Shown: positions 1 to 9,483, counted from the stretch's first letter. The stretch: 64,000 nucleotides of DNA from Leptolyngbyaceae cyanobacterium (GCA_965263355.1 CBDHHL010000032.1:3776001-3840000); one strand, 5' to 3'. Notes: a model not told the origin generated them from the letters alone. Program-made: numbers and translations.

Positions 1-33
1 CTGTGGGCTGCCAAACTTTCATCACGAGATGTC

Positions 34-1440
34 ATGCAGTATTCCTTTTTCCGAAGTTTGTTCTTAAAGGCAGCTATGCCAATCACATTGGCTTCCATAA
101 TTTGGCAAGCACAACAAACGCCAAGTCGTGGAAATGTGCCGTCTGCTCCACAACCGGTTGTGGAGCAAAACCAGTTGAGTCGAGCCGAGAGCTGGAACTC
201 TGTTCTCCATGTGGCTCGTCTGGTGGAGCGTAATCAGCGGAGCACAAGCCTGGTGTTGCAATTAGAGGTGTTGAATAAGCCTCAGACTACTTACGCCAAT
301 GCGGTATATCAAGTTTTTGCGAGAACCCGTGGCAGCCGTGAGTGGCAAGAAATTCATACGAACCGAGGGGCGCGGTTAATATCTGGTGCTGGTGGTAAGT
401 TTGTCCTTGAGTCCGAGGTTATTTCCATTGCTGATTTGGAACGAGAAATCCGGGCTGAACTGGGTGACGATTTTAGAATTGAGGATGTAGAACTAGACTG
501 TGTGGTCAGCGTTCGCTACGACTTGGCAGGGGGTGGGCGTGATCTGCGTGAAAAATTTACTTATCGACAGCGCTACACGGAAATAAGTACTACTAGCACG
601 ACAGCAATTGTACGTAGCTCAAGTACGGTTACTGCCGGTCGTACATCGTCTACAGAAACGGTGTCATCACGTCGCACCTCTAATCAGCAAAGGGTTCTAG
701 CATCGGGTAGGGATGATGACGATGATGATGGCTACGAACGCGACGACGATGACGATGACGATGGTGGTAGTCGCCGTCGCCGTCGCCGCCGTCGGCATGG
801 TTCGAACTCTCGGACAGAGCAGGTTAATGCAAATCGGTCATCCCGCAGGCGCGCTGAGATTCAACGGCAGGTTACTCGTGCTTGGGAGTCGGTGTTGCAT
901 GTGGCTCGTCAGACGGGCAGCCGTCGGCAAAGCCGAAATCTGGTACTACAGTTAGAGATTCTCAATAAACCCCAGACGACCTATGCCAATGTGGTTTACC
1001 AGGTGTATGCCAAAACCCGTGGTGGTCGCTGGCAAGAAATTCATACGAATAGCGGTGCACGGTTAATCGAGGCTGCTAGAGGTCGGTATGTGCTGGCTGC
1101 TGAGGTGATTTCTCTGGCTGAGCTAGAACGGGAATTGCGGGCTGAGCTAGGGGACGATCTTCGGCTGGAAGATGTGGAGATTAACTGTGTGGCGACGGTG
1201 CGCTATGACTTAGCGGGTGGCAGACGCGATGTCCGAGAAAGTTTTTCCTATCAACGGCGCTATACCCAGATTGTGAGTACGACGACTACTGAAATTACTC
1301 GGATTGCTGGGTCGTCTGCTGTTTTGGTGGATAGTCGCGATCGCTGGAGAGAGCATGACAATTGTCAGTGTCGTGATGGTCATTATGATGACGACGATGA
1401 TGACGATGACGACGACGGTGATGATGATGATGATGAGTAA
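34..1440 (+). CDS. Hypothetical, probably exported protein with two copies of a ~140-aa domain, poly-Asp tracts and an Arg8 tract
   Basis: 468-aa ORF with a signal-like N-terminus. Internal duplication (W.SVLHVAR...LVLQLE.LNKPQTTYAN.VYQV...RYDLAGG) and a downstream terminator hairpin. Confidence 0.85.
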   Translation: MQYSFFRSLFLKAAMPITLASIIWQAQQTPSRGNVPSAPQPVVEQNQLSRAESWNSVLHVARLVERNQRSTSLVLQLEVLNKPQTTYANAVYQVFARTRGSREWQEIHTNRGARLISGAGGKFVLESEVISIADLEREIRAELGDDFRIEDVELDCVVSVRYDLAGGGRDLREKFTYRQRYTEISTTSTTAIVRSSSTVTAGRTSSTETVSSRRTSNQQRVLASGRDDDDDDGYERDDDDDDDGGSRRRRRRRRHGSNSRTEQVNANRSSRRRAEIQRQVTRAWESVLHVARQTGSRRQSRNLVLQLEILNKPQTTYANVVYQVYAKTRGGRWQEIHTNSGARLIEAARGRYVLAAEVISLAELERELRAELGDDLRLEDVEINCVATVRYDLAGGRRDVRESFSYQRRYTQIVSTTTTEITRIAGSSAVLVDSRDRWREHDNCQCRDGHYDDDDDDDDDDGDDDDDE

Positions 1441-1477
1441 CGGCGAACGGCTGGCGTTTCTCTGATTGTTTTAATCA

Positions 1478-1508
1478 GCGTCCTCTTGATTCTGTATCAA
1501 GGGGGCGC
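1478..1508 (+). terminator. Probable intrinsic terminator of the 468-aa gene
   Basis: Hairpin GCGTCCTCTTGAT-tctgt-ATCAAGGGGGCGC followed by T-rich bases. Confidence 0.6.
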
Positions 1509-1510
1509 GT

Positions 1511-1970
1511 TCTGTATTCTATTGGGACCGTATTCCCTTTACCGAGACTGGACGGATTGCAGATCGATGTTTAATTCCGCCAGATTGGTCCGTTGAAATT
1601 TTATCGCCGGATCAGAGCCAAACTCAGGTGCTCAGTAATCTAGGGTATCCACTCAAACCGGGAAATTCTGGTTAAGTAGGAATCTAGAATCCAGGAACCA
1701 GAATTCAGAAAGGATATGACTCCTGGCTCCTGACTTCTGACGTCTATCCTTGAGAAAACTTCCCGCTTTAAGTTAGTACCCGTAATCTATTGCATTGTAT
1801 TGAGCATGGCAGTGAGTTGGGATGGTTACTGGATCCAGGGGAAGACAGTGTGTTGATAGTGGATGGACAGCAGCGCATCCGGATTTTGACATGTGAGGCC
1901 GGTCTGCCGGTGTTAGACGGGCTTAGCATATCCTTGCCGCGCGATGTGTTTGGTTGTTTGACATTGAATG
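1511..1970 (+). pseudogene. Uma2 (DUF820) family endonuclease pseudogene, 5'-truncated and interrupted by a MITE
   Basis: The frame from 1511 reads SVFYWDRIPFTETGRIADRCLIPPDWSVEILSPDQSQTQVLSNL, then the insertion, then LHCIEHGSELGWLLDP...LPVLDG from 1790 in the same frame. PDWxxEILSP and GWLxDP are Uma2 motifs. The 3' end is approximate. Confidence 0.85.
1643..1781. mobile_element. 139-bp MITE with imperfect 22-bp TIRs and 8-bp target-site duplication GTAATCTA
   Basis: Left end GGGTATCCACTCAAACCGGGAA; right end TTCCCGCTTTAAGTTAGTACCC. GTAATCTA occurs at 1635-1642 and 1782-1789. Removing the element restores the Uma2 reading frame. Confidence 0.9.
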
Positions 1971-1997
1971 AGGCGAAGGAATCATTCTCATCAAACC

Positions 1998-3164
1998 CTA
2001 AGCCCAAATATCCAAATCGTCCGTCATGCTGGGCAAATCATCTGAAGTTTGGTGAGCAGCCCCATTATTCGTTTGATTAGCGATGGCTAACTGATGTCCT
2101 TCAGGGATAAATGATTTTGTCGCTAGTAGCTCAGTCATTTTGACCAAGTTTGTACACAATTCCCGAGCAGCGACAATATCGTCCTCTTGAGCATTTAGTT
2201 CAGCCCGATACTGTTTCTCTATCAGTGTTAGCTTGCTGTCATAGAATGCTTGAGCACGACTCTTAATGGTTGATATATCGGTATTTGCGGGGACTTCTAA
2301 ACGAATGATCAAGGCATCGCCTAGTTTTTTCTCGATGGCTTGGATAGCAAGATATTGTCCAGTATATTGACTCCGCAGATCGTCAAATGCTTGGGAGAAC
2401 GCTTGCCAATTAATACCGTCTTTGAAAGGCAGATCGATTATCGTTGTCTGCTGAAAAAGTGCAGCAAATTCACCAGGTTCAAAGATGCCGTATTTAGGAC
2501 GACGATCCTGCTGATCTGCTTTCAGGTAAATATAGTCACATCGAGCCCCATTAAACGTTGTCGTACTATTAACGTGCCAGTCTTCTAGACAGCTACCCGT
2601 AAATAGAGCTTTTTCAAACCGAGTACCTAAGACTTGAGCCTGACTTAAGTTTGTCTGACTTAAATCAGCGGCCCGTAAATTCAGCCCATTCAGATTTACG
2701 TGGCTCAGATCTACCTCACGTAAATTAACTTCGTTTAAGTTAGCTTTACTCAAATCGGCTTCTTGAAGATTAATTTTGTGCAGATTTGCTTGGGTCAAAT
2801 TTGCACCCGATAAATCTGCGCCATACAAGTCTGCTCCGTCTAGATTGGCACGTTTTAAGTTAGTGCGTTTTAGACTAGCTCCACATAGACGGGTCCCTGT
2901 CAAATTGGCCCCACTCAGTTTCGCGTTAGTTAAATTTACACCGTACAAATTAGCTTGACTAAGATTTGCATCGCTCAGATTTGTCCCACTGAGATTTGCC
3001 CATTGCAAGTCTGCTCCATGTAAATCTGCGCCATATAAGTCTGCTCTATGCAAGTCGATTCTTTGCAGGATGATTGGGGAGTCGGGGTTAGATTTACGCC
3101 ATTGATTCCATTTATAAACATTATTTTTGAGGCGTTGAACTTGCCTCCAAGTCGAAAACGACAT
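1998..3164 (-). CDS. Pentapeptide repeat protein
   Basis: N-terminal WNQWRK motif, a long A(D/N)LXX repeat run, and the C-terminal CDYIYL...FEPGEF region typical of cyanobacterial pentapeptide proteins. Confidence 0.92.
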   Translation of the reverse strand: MSFSTWRQVQRLKNNVYKWNQWRKSNPDSPIILQRIDLHRADLYGADLHGADLQWANLSGTNLSDANLSQANLYGVNLTNAKLSGANLTGTRLCGASLKRTNLKRANLDGADLYGADLSGANLTQANLHKINLQEADLSKANLNEVNLREVDLSHVNLNGLNLRAADLSQTNLSQAQVLGTRFEKALFTGSCLEDWHVNSTTTFNGARCDYIYLKADQQDRRPKYGIFEPGEFAALFQQTTIIDLPFKDGINWQAFSQAFDDLRSQYTGQYLAIQAIEKKLGDALIIRLEVPANTDISTIKSRAQAFYDSKLTLIEKQYRAELNAQEDDIVAARELCTNLVKMTELLATKSFIPEGHQLAIANQTNNGAAHQTSDDLPSMTDDLDIWA

Positions 3165-3422
3165 AGGAAAGACATCCTAGCAATGGACTATATGACTCTG
3201 AGTACATGGGGTAGAAGGCATTATCTATGAAAAATCTGGAGCCTAGTGCTAAGGTGGCACCTTAGTTATCCCATTAACCCATCTCTTGATTCTAAAACGA
3301 ACCCCCACGTTCTACTCTAGTAAGGCTTAACCACATCTCCGTTGAAATCTAATGTTTCTCAAACTGGAACTTTGAATTCTGGATGTGGCCAATGTTTACT
3401 CACCCCGTGAACCAAAAATCCT

Positions 3423-4967
3423 ATGACACGCTTAGCGCTGTTTAGTGCCTCTGACAAAACTGGAATCGTCGATCTAGCTAAGGTACTTACCACAGACTTC
3501 AATTTCGACATTATCAGCAGCGGCGGTACTGCCCGCACCCTCACTGAAGCAGGCATTCCCGTTACCAAGGTGTCTGACTACACGGGCTTTCCCGAAATCC
3601 TTGGCGGTCGAGTCAAAACCCTCCAGCCTCGTATTCACGGTGGCATTCTTGCCCGTACCGATAACCCTGATGACCAAAAGGATCTTACCGATAACGATAT
3701 TCGCCCCATTGACCTGGTAGTCGTTAACCTTTATCCCTTTGAGCAAACTATTGCTAAGGCTGATATCACTATGACTGATGCCATCGAAAATATCGATATC
3801 GGTGGCCCCACATTGCTTCGGTCTGCGGCAAAAAACCATGCCTATCTAACCGTGCTGTGTAATCCTGCTCAATACGAAGGCTATCTCAACGAATTACGAA
3901 CCAATAATGGCCAACCCTCCCTAGAGTTCCGTGCCCAATGTGCCCGTCAAGTTTTTTGGCATACGGCTACCTATGATCAGGCGATCGCAACTTACCTAAC
4001 CGAGCAAGCAGGTGTTGCTACCAGTGTGCGCTTTGCCCTCAGCGGTACCCAAAAACAGCCCTTACGCTATGGTGAAAACCCTCACCAGCCAGCTGTGTGG
4101 TACCAAACTGGGACCCAGCCCAGTGGTTGGGCTGCTGCCGAAAAACTGCAAGGTAAAGACCTTAGCTATAACAACCTGGTTGACCTTGAAGCCGCCCGTC
4201 GGATCATTGCCGAATTCCCTAGCGAAAATGGTGCCGCTGCCGCTGTGCTGAAACACACTAACCCTTGTGGTGTGGCTATGGGAGACTCCATGGCATCAAC
4301 CTATAGACGTGCTTTTGACGCCGATAACGTCTCTGCATTTGGCGGCATCGTTGCTCTCAACCAGACCATTGATATAGAGACCGCTGAGTCTTTGACCCAA
4401 ACATTTTTAGAATGTGTGGTTGCGCCCGGTTGTGCTCCCGCTGCTCGGGAAATTTTAGCGAAAAAGAAGAATCTGCGAGTGCTAGTGTTACCTGATCTAG
4501 TAAGCGGTCCCAGTCAAACTATTCGTGCGATCTCAGGTGGCTTTCTGACCCAAACCTCTGATGACGTTCAAGAAAATGTGACCCAGTGGAAAATTGTGAC
4601 CGAGTGTCAGCCCAATGACGCTGAGCTGACAGAAATGCTATTTGCCTGGCGGGTGGCTAAGCATGTGAAATCTAATGCCATTGTGGTGACCAAGGACAGT
4701 ACGACGGTTGGGATTGGGGCTGGTCAGATGAATCGTGTGGGTGCAGCAAAGATTGCTCTGGAGCAAGCGGCAGAAAAAGCAGTCGAAGCCACATTGGCCA
4801 GTGATGGTTTTTTTCCGTTTGATGACTCTGTCCGCACCGCAGCAGCGGCTGGAATTAGAGCGATTGTGCAGCCGGGAGGCAGTATCCGTGATGAGGATTC
4901 GATTAAGGCGGCCAATGAACTAGGGCTGATTATGGCGTTTACAGGGACGCGGCATTTCTTGCACTAA
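3423..4967 (+). CDS. purH: Bifunctional AICAR transformylase/IMP cyclohydrolase
   Basis: Motifs SDKTG, GGRVKTL, IDIGGP, LRYGENPHQ, KHTNPCG, SDGFFPF, QPGGS, RHFLH. Confidence 0.98.
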   Translation: MTRLALFSASDKTGIVDLAKVLTTDFNFDIISSGGTARTLTEAGIPVTKVSDYTGFPEILGGRVKTLQPRIHGGILARTDNPDDQKDLTDNDIRPIDLVVVNLYPFEQTIAKADITMTDAIENIDIGGPTLLRSAAKNHAYLTVLCNPAQYEGYLNELRTNNGQPSLEFRAQCARQVFWHTATYDQAIATYLTEQAGVATSVRFALSGTQKQPLRYGENPHQPAVWYQTGTQPSGWAAAEKLQGKDLSYNNLVDLEAARRIIAEFPSENGAAAAVLKHTNPCGVAMGDSMASTYRRAFDADNVSAFGGIVALNQTIDIETAESLTQTFLECVVAPGCAPAAREILAKKKNLRVLVLPDLVSGPSQTIRAISGGFLTQTSDDVQENVTQWKIVTECQPNDAELTEMLFAWRVAKHVKSNAIVVTKDSTTVGIGAGQMNRVGAAKIALEQAAEKAVEATLASDGFFPFDDSVRTAAAAGIRAIVQPGGSIRDEDSIKAANELGLIMAFTGTRHFLH

Positions 4968-4970
4968 AAC

Positions 4971-5098
4971 AACGCTGGGTTAGGCTGCGCTTACCCAGCG
5001 TTTGACTCGCTTACCCAGCGTTTGGCTTCGCTTAATTCAACCAATTCTACTTTCAACTAGTTCAGAATTAAGGATTGAGCGGAGCCGAACCCCGGCTA
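4971..5098. repeat. Palindromic/tandem repeat cluster between convergent purH and ndhV-like genes
   Basis: AACGCTGGGT...ACCCAGCGTT hairpin, duplicated CGCTTACCCAGCGTTTG, and a distal TTGAGCGGAGCCGAA partly complementary to TTTGGCTTCGCTTAA. Confidence 0.5.
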
Positions 5099-5099
5099 C

Positions 5100-5591
5100 T
5101 TAATTACCCTTTAACCACTTTTGACCTTTTAGACGCTGTAACACATACAACACCATCAGATCCAATGTAATGCGACGTTCATCGCCCATGAACTGCTCGA
5201 TGGTGCTAGGTATGGCTCCATCGGTCGCAAAGGAATAAAGCTTAGGGCCCATAATGCTTTCTTCTAGGAAAGCAATATTAAACTGGCGTGCTCCTTTTGC
5301 CCATCGACCAATGACTTGTGGATAACTATCCTTATCCACGCCGATTACATTAATGGGTTGGGTTTCAAAAGAAACCTGTAAATCGTCTAACCCTTCTTCT
5401 TTGCCTAGGGCATCTTGTACAGCAGGTAAAAAATGCTGTTCGATAAATTCAGCAAACGGTTTGTCTTCTAATTTGGGCGGTTTTGCTTTTTTAGCTTTTT
5501 CCGGTGCCTTAGCAGGAGGCTGATCGGGCTTAGCTGCTTTATCGGCGGGCTGCTTCTCTGCAGGTGCCTTAGGAGTCGACTCGTCTGCCAT
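5100..5591 (-). CDS. ndhV: DUF2996 family protein (NdhV-like NDH-1 subunit)
   Basis: Pro/Lys/Ala-rich N-terminus, LEDKPFAEFIEQHFLP, and C-terminal IEQFMGDERRITLDLMVLYVLQRL.GQKWL..N. Start moved to MADEST. Confidence 0.85.
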   Translation of the reverse strand: MADESTPKAPAEKQPADKAAKPDQPPAKAPEKAKKAKPPKLEDKPFAEFIEQHFLPAVQDALGKEEGLDDLQVSFETQPINVIGVDKDSYPQVIGRWAKGARQFNIAFLEESIMGPKLYSFATDGAIPSTIEQFMGDERRITLDLMVLYVLQRLKGQKWLKGN

Positions 5592-5654
5592 GCTTTTGTC
5601 TGTTGGTTTGCGTTTGGAGCATAACCCACACTCCAAACAAGGTCTTTCCCATAT

Positions 5655-5727
5655 TAAACCTTGTCTACGTTCAGAACGGTCGTTTTTCCGTAGAAGAACC
5701 TTACAGGTTTAACTTGGACGTGGTTTA
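5655..5727. mobile_element. ~73-bp MITE-like dispersed repeat, copy 1
   Basis: Inverted ends TAAACCTTGTCTA...TGGACGTGGTTTA; close homolog at 28733-28806. Confidence 0.75.
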
Positions 5728-5800
5728 GTAAACCTGGCTCACATTCAGAGCTGCAGTTTATCTGCAGGTGAAGTGTCAGGTGAAAACTTAGATGCGATGG

Positions 5801-5843
5801 ACAACGCCTCTTGGGACGATAAAGCGTCAAGGAGGCGTTGCCA
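5801..5843 (-). terminator. Hairpin downstream of gmd
   Basis: ACAACGCCTCTTGG...CAAGGAGGCGTTG inverted repeat. Confidence 0.5.
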
Positions 5844-5879
5844 GTTTAGTCTAGGGTCTGTTTGGGCCAGAGACTAAGA

Positions 5880-6944
5880 CTAAGACATCACACCCGCAAT
5901 TGCTGCACGTACGGTGGCTGAATCAGCTTGTTGAGTCACAGGATCTAGACCGATGGCCTCCAGGTCAGCATCTACCATCAGCTTAACGAGGCCATGGAAG
6001 TCGATGGAAGGCTCCCAGCCCAGTTTTTCTTTTGTGTAGGTAGGATCGCCGATCAGAATATCGACTTCAGCAGGACGCAGATAGCGGGGATCAAACTTGA
6101 CGTAATCATGCCAGTCAAGGTTGACATAGTCGAAGGCAATATCTAGAAAATCTTTGATAGTGTGGGTTTCACCCGTAGCGACAACGTAGTCATCGGGTTC
6201 GTCTTGCTGTAACATCAGCCACATAGCATTGACATAGTCTTTGGCGTAACCCCAGTCACGTTTGGAGTCAAGGTTGCCCAAGTAAAGATCCTGCTGACGA
6301 CCAGCCACAATCCGAGCAACGGCGCGAGTGATTTTTCGGGTTACAAAGGTTTCTCCGCGACGGGGAGACTCGTGATTGAATAGGATGCCATTGCAGGCAA
6401 ACATGTTGTAGGACTCACGGTAGTTAACGGTCTGCCAGTGGGCATAGACCTTGGCACAGGCGTAGGGACTTCGGGGGTAAAAAGGAGTCGTTTCCTTCTG
6501 GGGAATTTCTTGGACTTTGCCAAACATCTCGGAAGATCCGGCTTGATAGAAGCGCACTTCTGCATCCGTGCGTTGCTGGTAGTCGCGAATGGCTTCCATC
6601 AGTCGTAGGGCTCCCATGGCTACGGTATCAACCGTGTATTCTGGAGAGTCAAAACTGACTCGTACATGGGATTGGGCACCGAGGTTATAAACTTCGTTGG
6701 GTTGAACTTGTTCTAGGATACGCCGAAGCATGGTGCCATCATTGAGGTCACCGTAGTGGAGAAATAGGCGGGCGTCTTCGCTATGGGGGTCAATATAAAT
6801 GTGATCAATACGATCAGTATTGAATGTGGAGGTGCGACGAATAATGCCGTGTACCTCGTATCCTTTTTCTAATAAAAGTTCAGCAAGGTAAGACCCATCT
6901 TGGCCTGTAATTCCTGTAATTAATGCACGCTTAGTCTGCGTCAT
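5880..6944 (-). CDS. gmd: GDP-mannose 4,6-dehydratase
   Basis: Motifs [55 protein letters not shown]. Confidence 0.98.
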   Translation of the reverse strand: MTQTKRALITGITGQDGSYLAELLLEKGYEVHGIIRRTSTFNTDRIDHIYIDPHSEDARLFLHYGDLNDGTMLRRILEQVQPNEVYNLGAQSHVRVSFDSPEYTVDTVAMGALRLMEAIRDYQQRTDAEVRFYQAGSSEMFGKVQEIPQKETTPFYPRSPYACAKVYAHWQTVNYRESYNMFACNGILFNHESPRRGETFVTRKITRAVARIVAGRQQDLYLGNLDSKRDWGYAKDYVNAMWLMLQQDEPDDYVVATGETHTIKDFLDIAFDYVNLDWHDYVKFDPRYLRPAEVDILIGDPTYTKEKLGWEPSIDFHGLVKLMVDADLEAIGLDPVTQQADSATVRAAIAGVMS

Positions 6945-7367
6945 ATTGTCAGCTTCCTTAATCTATGAAAAAAATGCTAGTAGATAGCCCTAATCACCAA
7001 ACATATGGTAGTTGAGGAATGCTTCCATATAAGTTAGGGCTGTTCCAGCCTGCGGGAGAGCTGTTAGTGTGAACAGTCCTTCAAACGATGAAAGCTTACG
7101 ACAAGCTACTTGAATGGGTGCAGTATGACGGTTAGTAAATTTATCTATGGTTAATAAATTAACCGATATGCCTGATATAACCTCTGTGGGTTTAGATTGC
7201 CCATGGAGTGGAGCCTATCGAAAGTTGGCTATGCCATCGATATTTGCTTCATAACGTGCCATTGAATATAGATTCGCCGATCATAATCTTGACGTTGGCT
7301 TTACAATGTTGGGTCTTAGGTCAAGAAAGTGTGAAGCATTTACCTTTTGAGATTTCAAGATAAGTGT

Positions 7368-7652
7368 TTAGGCTCTGCGATCGCGTTCGATATCGTAAAT
7401 GGCCTTTTCCCAGCACCATTGCTCTGATCGATCAGGATTTTGAGATCGCACCCGCTCCACTAGCCGGGTTGCCACTGCCTGGTTACCATTCACTAATCGC
7501 ATCAACCGTTGTCTGGTTGCCCGAGGCACACCGGACTGGCCAGTTGACAAAGACGGAACTGCAAATCGGATCGGCAATCGATACCCTGTTAACCAGCAAA
7601 AGACTGCCACCACCAACACCATAATGAAGATGACTGAAAAGATGGATGACAT
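7368..7652 (-). CDS. Small membrane protein, conserved cyanobacterial hypothetical
   Basis: N-terminal TM helix and C-terminal RL...NPDRSEQWCWEKAIYDIERDR motif. Start is probably MSSIFS. Confidence 0.75.
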   Translation of the reverse strand: MSSIFSVIFIMVLVVAVFCWLTGYRLPIRFAVPSLSTGQSGVPRATRQRLMRLVNGNQAVATRLVERVRSQNPDRSEQWCWEKAIYDIERDRRA

Positions 7653-7678
7653 TGTCGATTTCCCCCGCGTAAACACCT

Positions 7679-8257
7679 ATGGACTCAGTGGTTAGTAATA
7701 CTCAAGCAGTATTAGACTTTTGGTTTGGGTTACCTCCTGGTGAGGATCGCAAACAATGGTTTCGTAAAGACTCTGATTTTGACAATCAGATTAAGACTCA
7801 GTTCTTAGATCTGTATTGGGCTATGGTAGCGTCATCGCCTGAATGCTGGTTGCAAACGGCTAAATCGAGCCTGACCCGGATCATTGTGCTGGATCAGTTT
7901 GCCCGCAACATGTTTCGGGGGACACCCCAGAGTTTTGCCGCTGACCCCCAGGCGCTTACTACGGCAGAGAGAGCGATTGAGCGGGGCTATGATGCTGAAC
8001 TGCTGCCAGTAGAACGATTTTTTCTCTATTTACCCTTTGAGCATAGTGAAAATCTAACCCACCAAAATCGCTGTGTTAAGTATTTTGAGAGGTTAGTTCT
8101 GGATGCTCCGGAGCTTGAGCATGGGTTAGAGTATGCTCGGCGGCACCGAGACGTGATTGCTAAATTTGGCCGATTTCCCCATCGCAATGAGACGTTGGCC
8201 CGTGAGAGTACCGAGGCGGAGTTGAATTTTCTAAAACAGCCAGGTTCTAGGTTTTAG
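7679..8257 (+). CDS. DUF924 family protein
   Basis: Motifs VLDFWFG, WF.KD..FD, IIVLDQF.RN.FR, F.YLPFEHSE, FGRFPHRN. Confidence 0.93.
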   Translation: MDSVVSNTQAVLDFWFGLPPGEDRKQWFRKDSDFDNQIKTQFLDLYWAMVASSPECWLQTAKSSLTRIIVLDQFARNMFRGTPQSFAADPQALTTAERAIERGYDAELLPVERFFLYLPFEHSENLTHQNRCVKYFERLVLDAPELEHGLEYARRHRDVIAKFGRFPHRNETLARESTEAELNFLKQPGSRF

Positions 8258-8258
8258 G

Positions 8259-8292
8259 CCTGTAGGGGCGTTCCATGGAAGGTCCCTACAGG
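8259..8292. repeat. REP-like palindrome, copy 1
   Basis: CCTGTAGGGGCGTTCCATGGAAGGTCCCTACAGG between convergent genes. Confidence 0.75.
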
Positions 8293-8293
8293 T

Positions 8294-8713
8294 CTAAGCC
8301 GTTACCGGTTTTTCATATGCAATTTCAACCGTGGTGTGGACGTTCCCACGGGGCTGAAAGTCACCTTTGATTTTGAATTTCAAGGGATCAGCGGCAGCGA
8401 TGAAATCATCCATGATTTGATTGATGGATTCCTCATGGGAAATGTAGCGATCGCGATAGCCATTGATATAAAGCTTGATTGCTTTTAGCTCTACTACTTT
8501 TTCGTTAGGGGTATAGGTAATGTAAATAGTGGCAAAGTCGGGATAGCCAGAGAAGGGACATTTGCAAGTAAATTCCGGCAACGTAATATTGACGTCATAC
8601 TGTCTGCCTGGACGGGGATTGGGAAAGGTAATCAGTTCGTTTGCCTCAATCGCGCGTTCGCCGTACTTAACATTGTCGGCATGGATATTCGTGGGAAGTG
8701 TGGTGTCAGCCAT
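8294..8713 (-). CDS. queF: NADPH-dependent 7-cyano-7-deazaguanine (preQ0) reductase
   Basis: Motifs PEFTCKCPFSGYPDFA, VELKAIKLY, ISHEE, PRGN. Confidence 0.96.
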   Translation of the reverse strand: MADTTLPTNIHADNVKYGERAIEANELITFPNPRPGRQYDVNITLPEFTCKCPFSGYPDFATIYITYTPNEKVVELKAIKLYINGYRDRYISHEESINQIMDDFIAAADPLKFKIKGDFQPRGNVHTTVEIAYEKPVTA

Positions 8714-8943
8714 GGTTGTGAAAGTTCTGAAAAAAAGTTGATGGTTTTTGGGAAGCAGGGTAAAACTAGACTTGCTATTTAGTCAGGTAACTCCGTTTTA
8801 GGGACGTTAATCTACCAAAAAACTTAGAGAAGTACTTGACGAATGGCGTTGACGTTGCTCTAATTTGAACGTCCTGAATGATATGGGCAAACAAGACAGG
8901 GCGGCTGATTTGTGTTGCTATTAGAGAATTTTTGGAACTGCTT

Positions 8944-9483
8944 ATGAATCCTCCCCACAATTCTGACTCAGGGCGCAATCCAATGAGATCAGAGTCTGGC
9001 TATTCACCCTCGGTACCTGTATCGGTATATCGTGAGCTGTCAGCCGAGCTGCAGGCCACTAAAGCAATGGTGGATTCACTGAGCGCACAGAACACCCATC
9101 TCACTAATCAAAATCATATTCTGCGGCAAAACATTCATCAAATGGTGCAAGTGGCTCTACAGCTTGGTCATCATGCTGGTGTTGCTCATCCAGCCGAGGT
9201 GGAAATGGCCGTATCACCTCCCGTTTATGAGGTGCCTATTCAAGAGGAGCCCCAGGTAATGCCACCAGCACCAGAGCCTAAGCCTAGACCCCCAAAAAGA
9301 ACAAAATCTAGTTTGTCTAAGGTATTTACAGAACAACCGGGGGAAAATCGTCGCTATAGCTTGGAATCGTCAGCTGTTGGCAGTTTGAGTACGCTTTGGT
9401 TAATTGTCTCCATTGCCATCATTATTCTGACTGCGTTTGGGGCAGGCTTTTTGATTATGCGTCCGCTAATTAATGACCGCTAA
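8944..9483 (+). CDS. Conserved hypothetical coiled-coil protein with C-terminal TM anchor
   Basis: YSPSVPVSVYREL.AELQA motif, Pro-rich linker, C-terminal TM ending AFGAGFLIMRPL. Confidence 0.8.
   Translation: MNPPHNSDSGRNPMRSESGYSPSVPVSVYRELSAELQATKAMVDSLSAQNTHLTNQNHILRQNIHQMVQVALQLGHHAGVAHPAEVEMAVSPPVYEVPIQEEPQVMPPAPEPKPRPPKRTKSSLSKVFTEQPGENRRYSLESSAVGSLSTLWLIVSIAIIILTAFGAGFLIMRPLINDR

Noticed and set aside
1790..2080. 96-aa ORF as an independent gene
   Set aside because: It is the 3' half of the MITE-interrupted Uma2 pseudogene reading on into the convergent gene
3165..3422. ZTP riboswitch upstream of purH (and preQ1 riboswitch upstream of queF)
   Set aside because: No recognisable consensus elements seen by eye; an Infernal scan would be needed to exclude them fully
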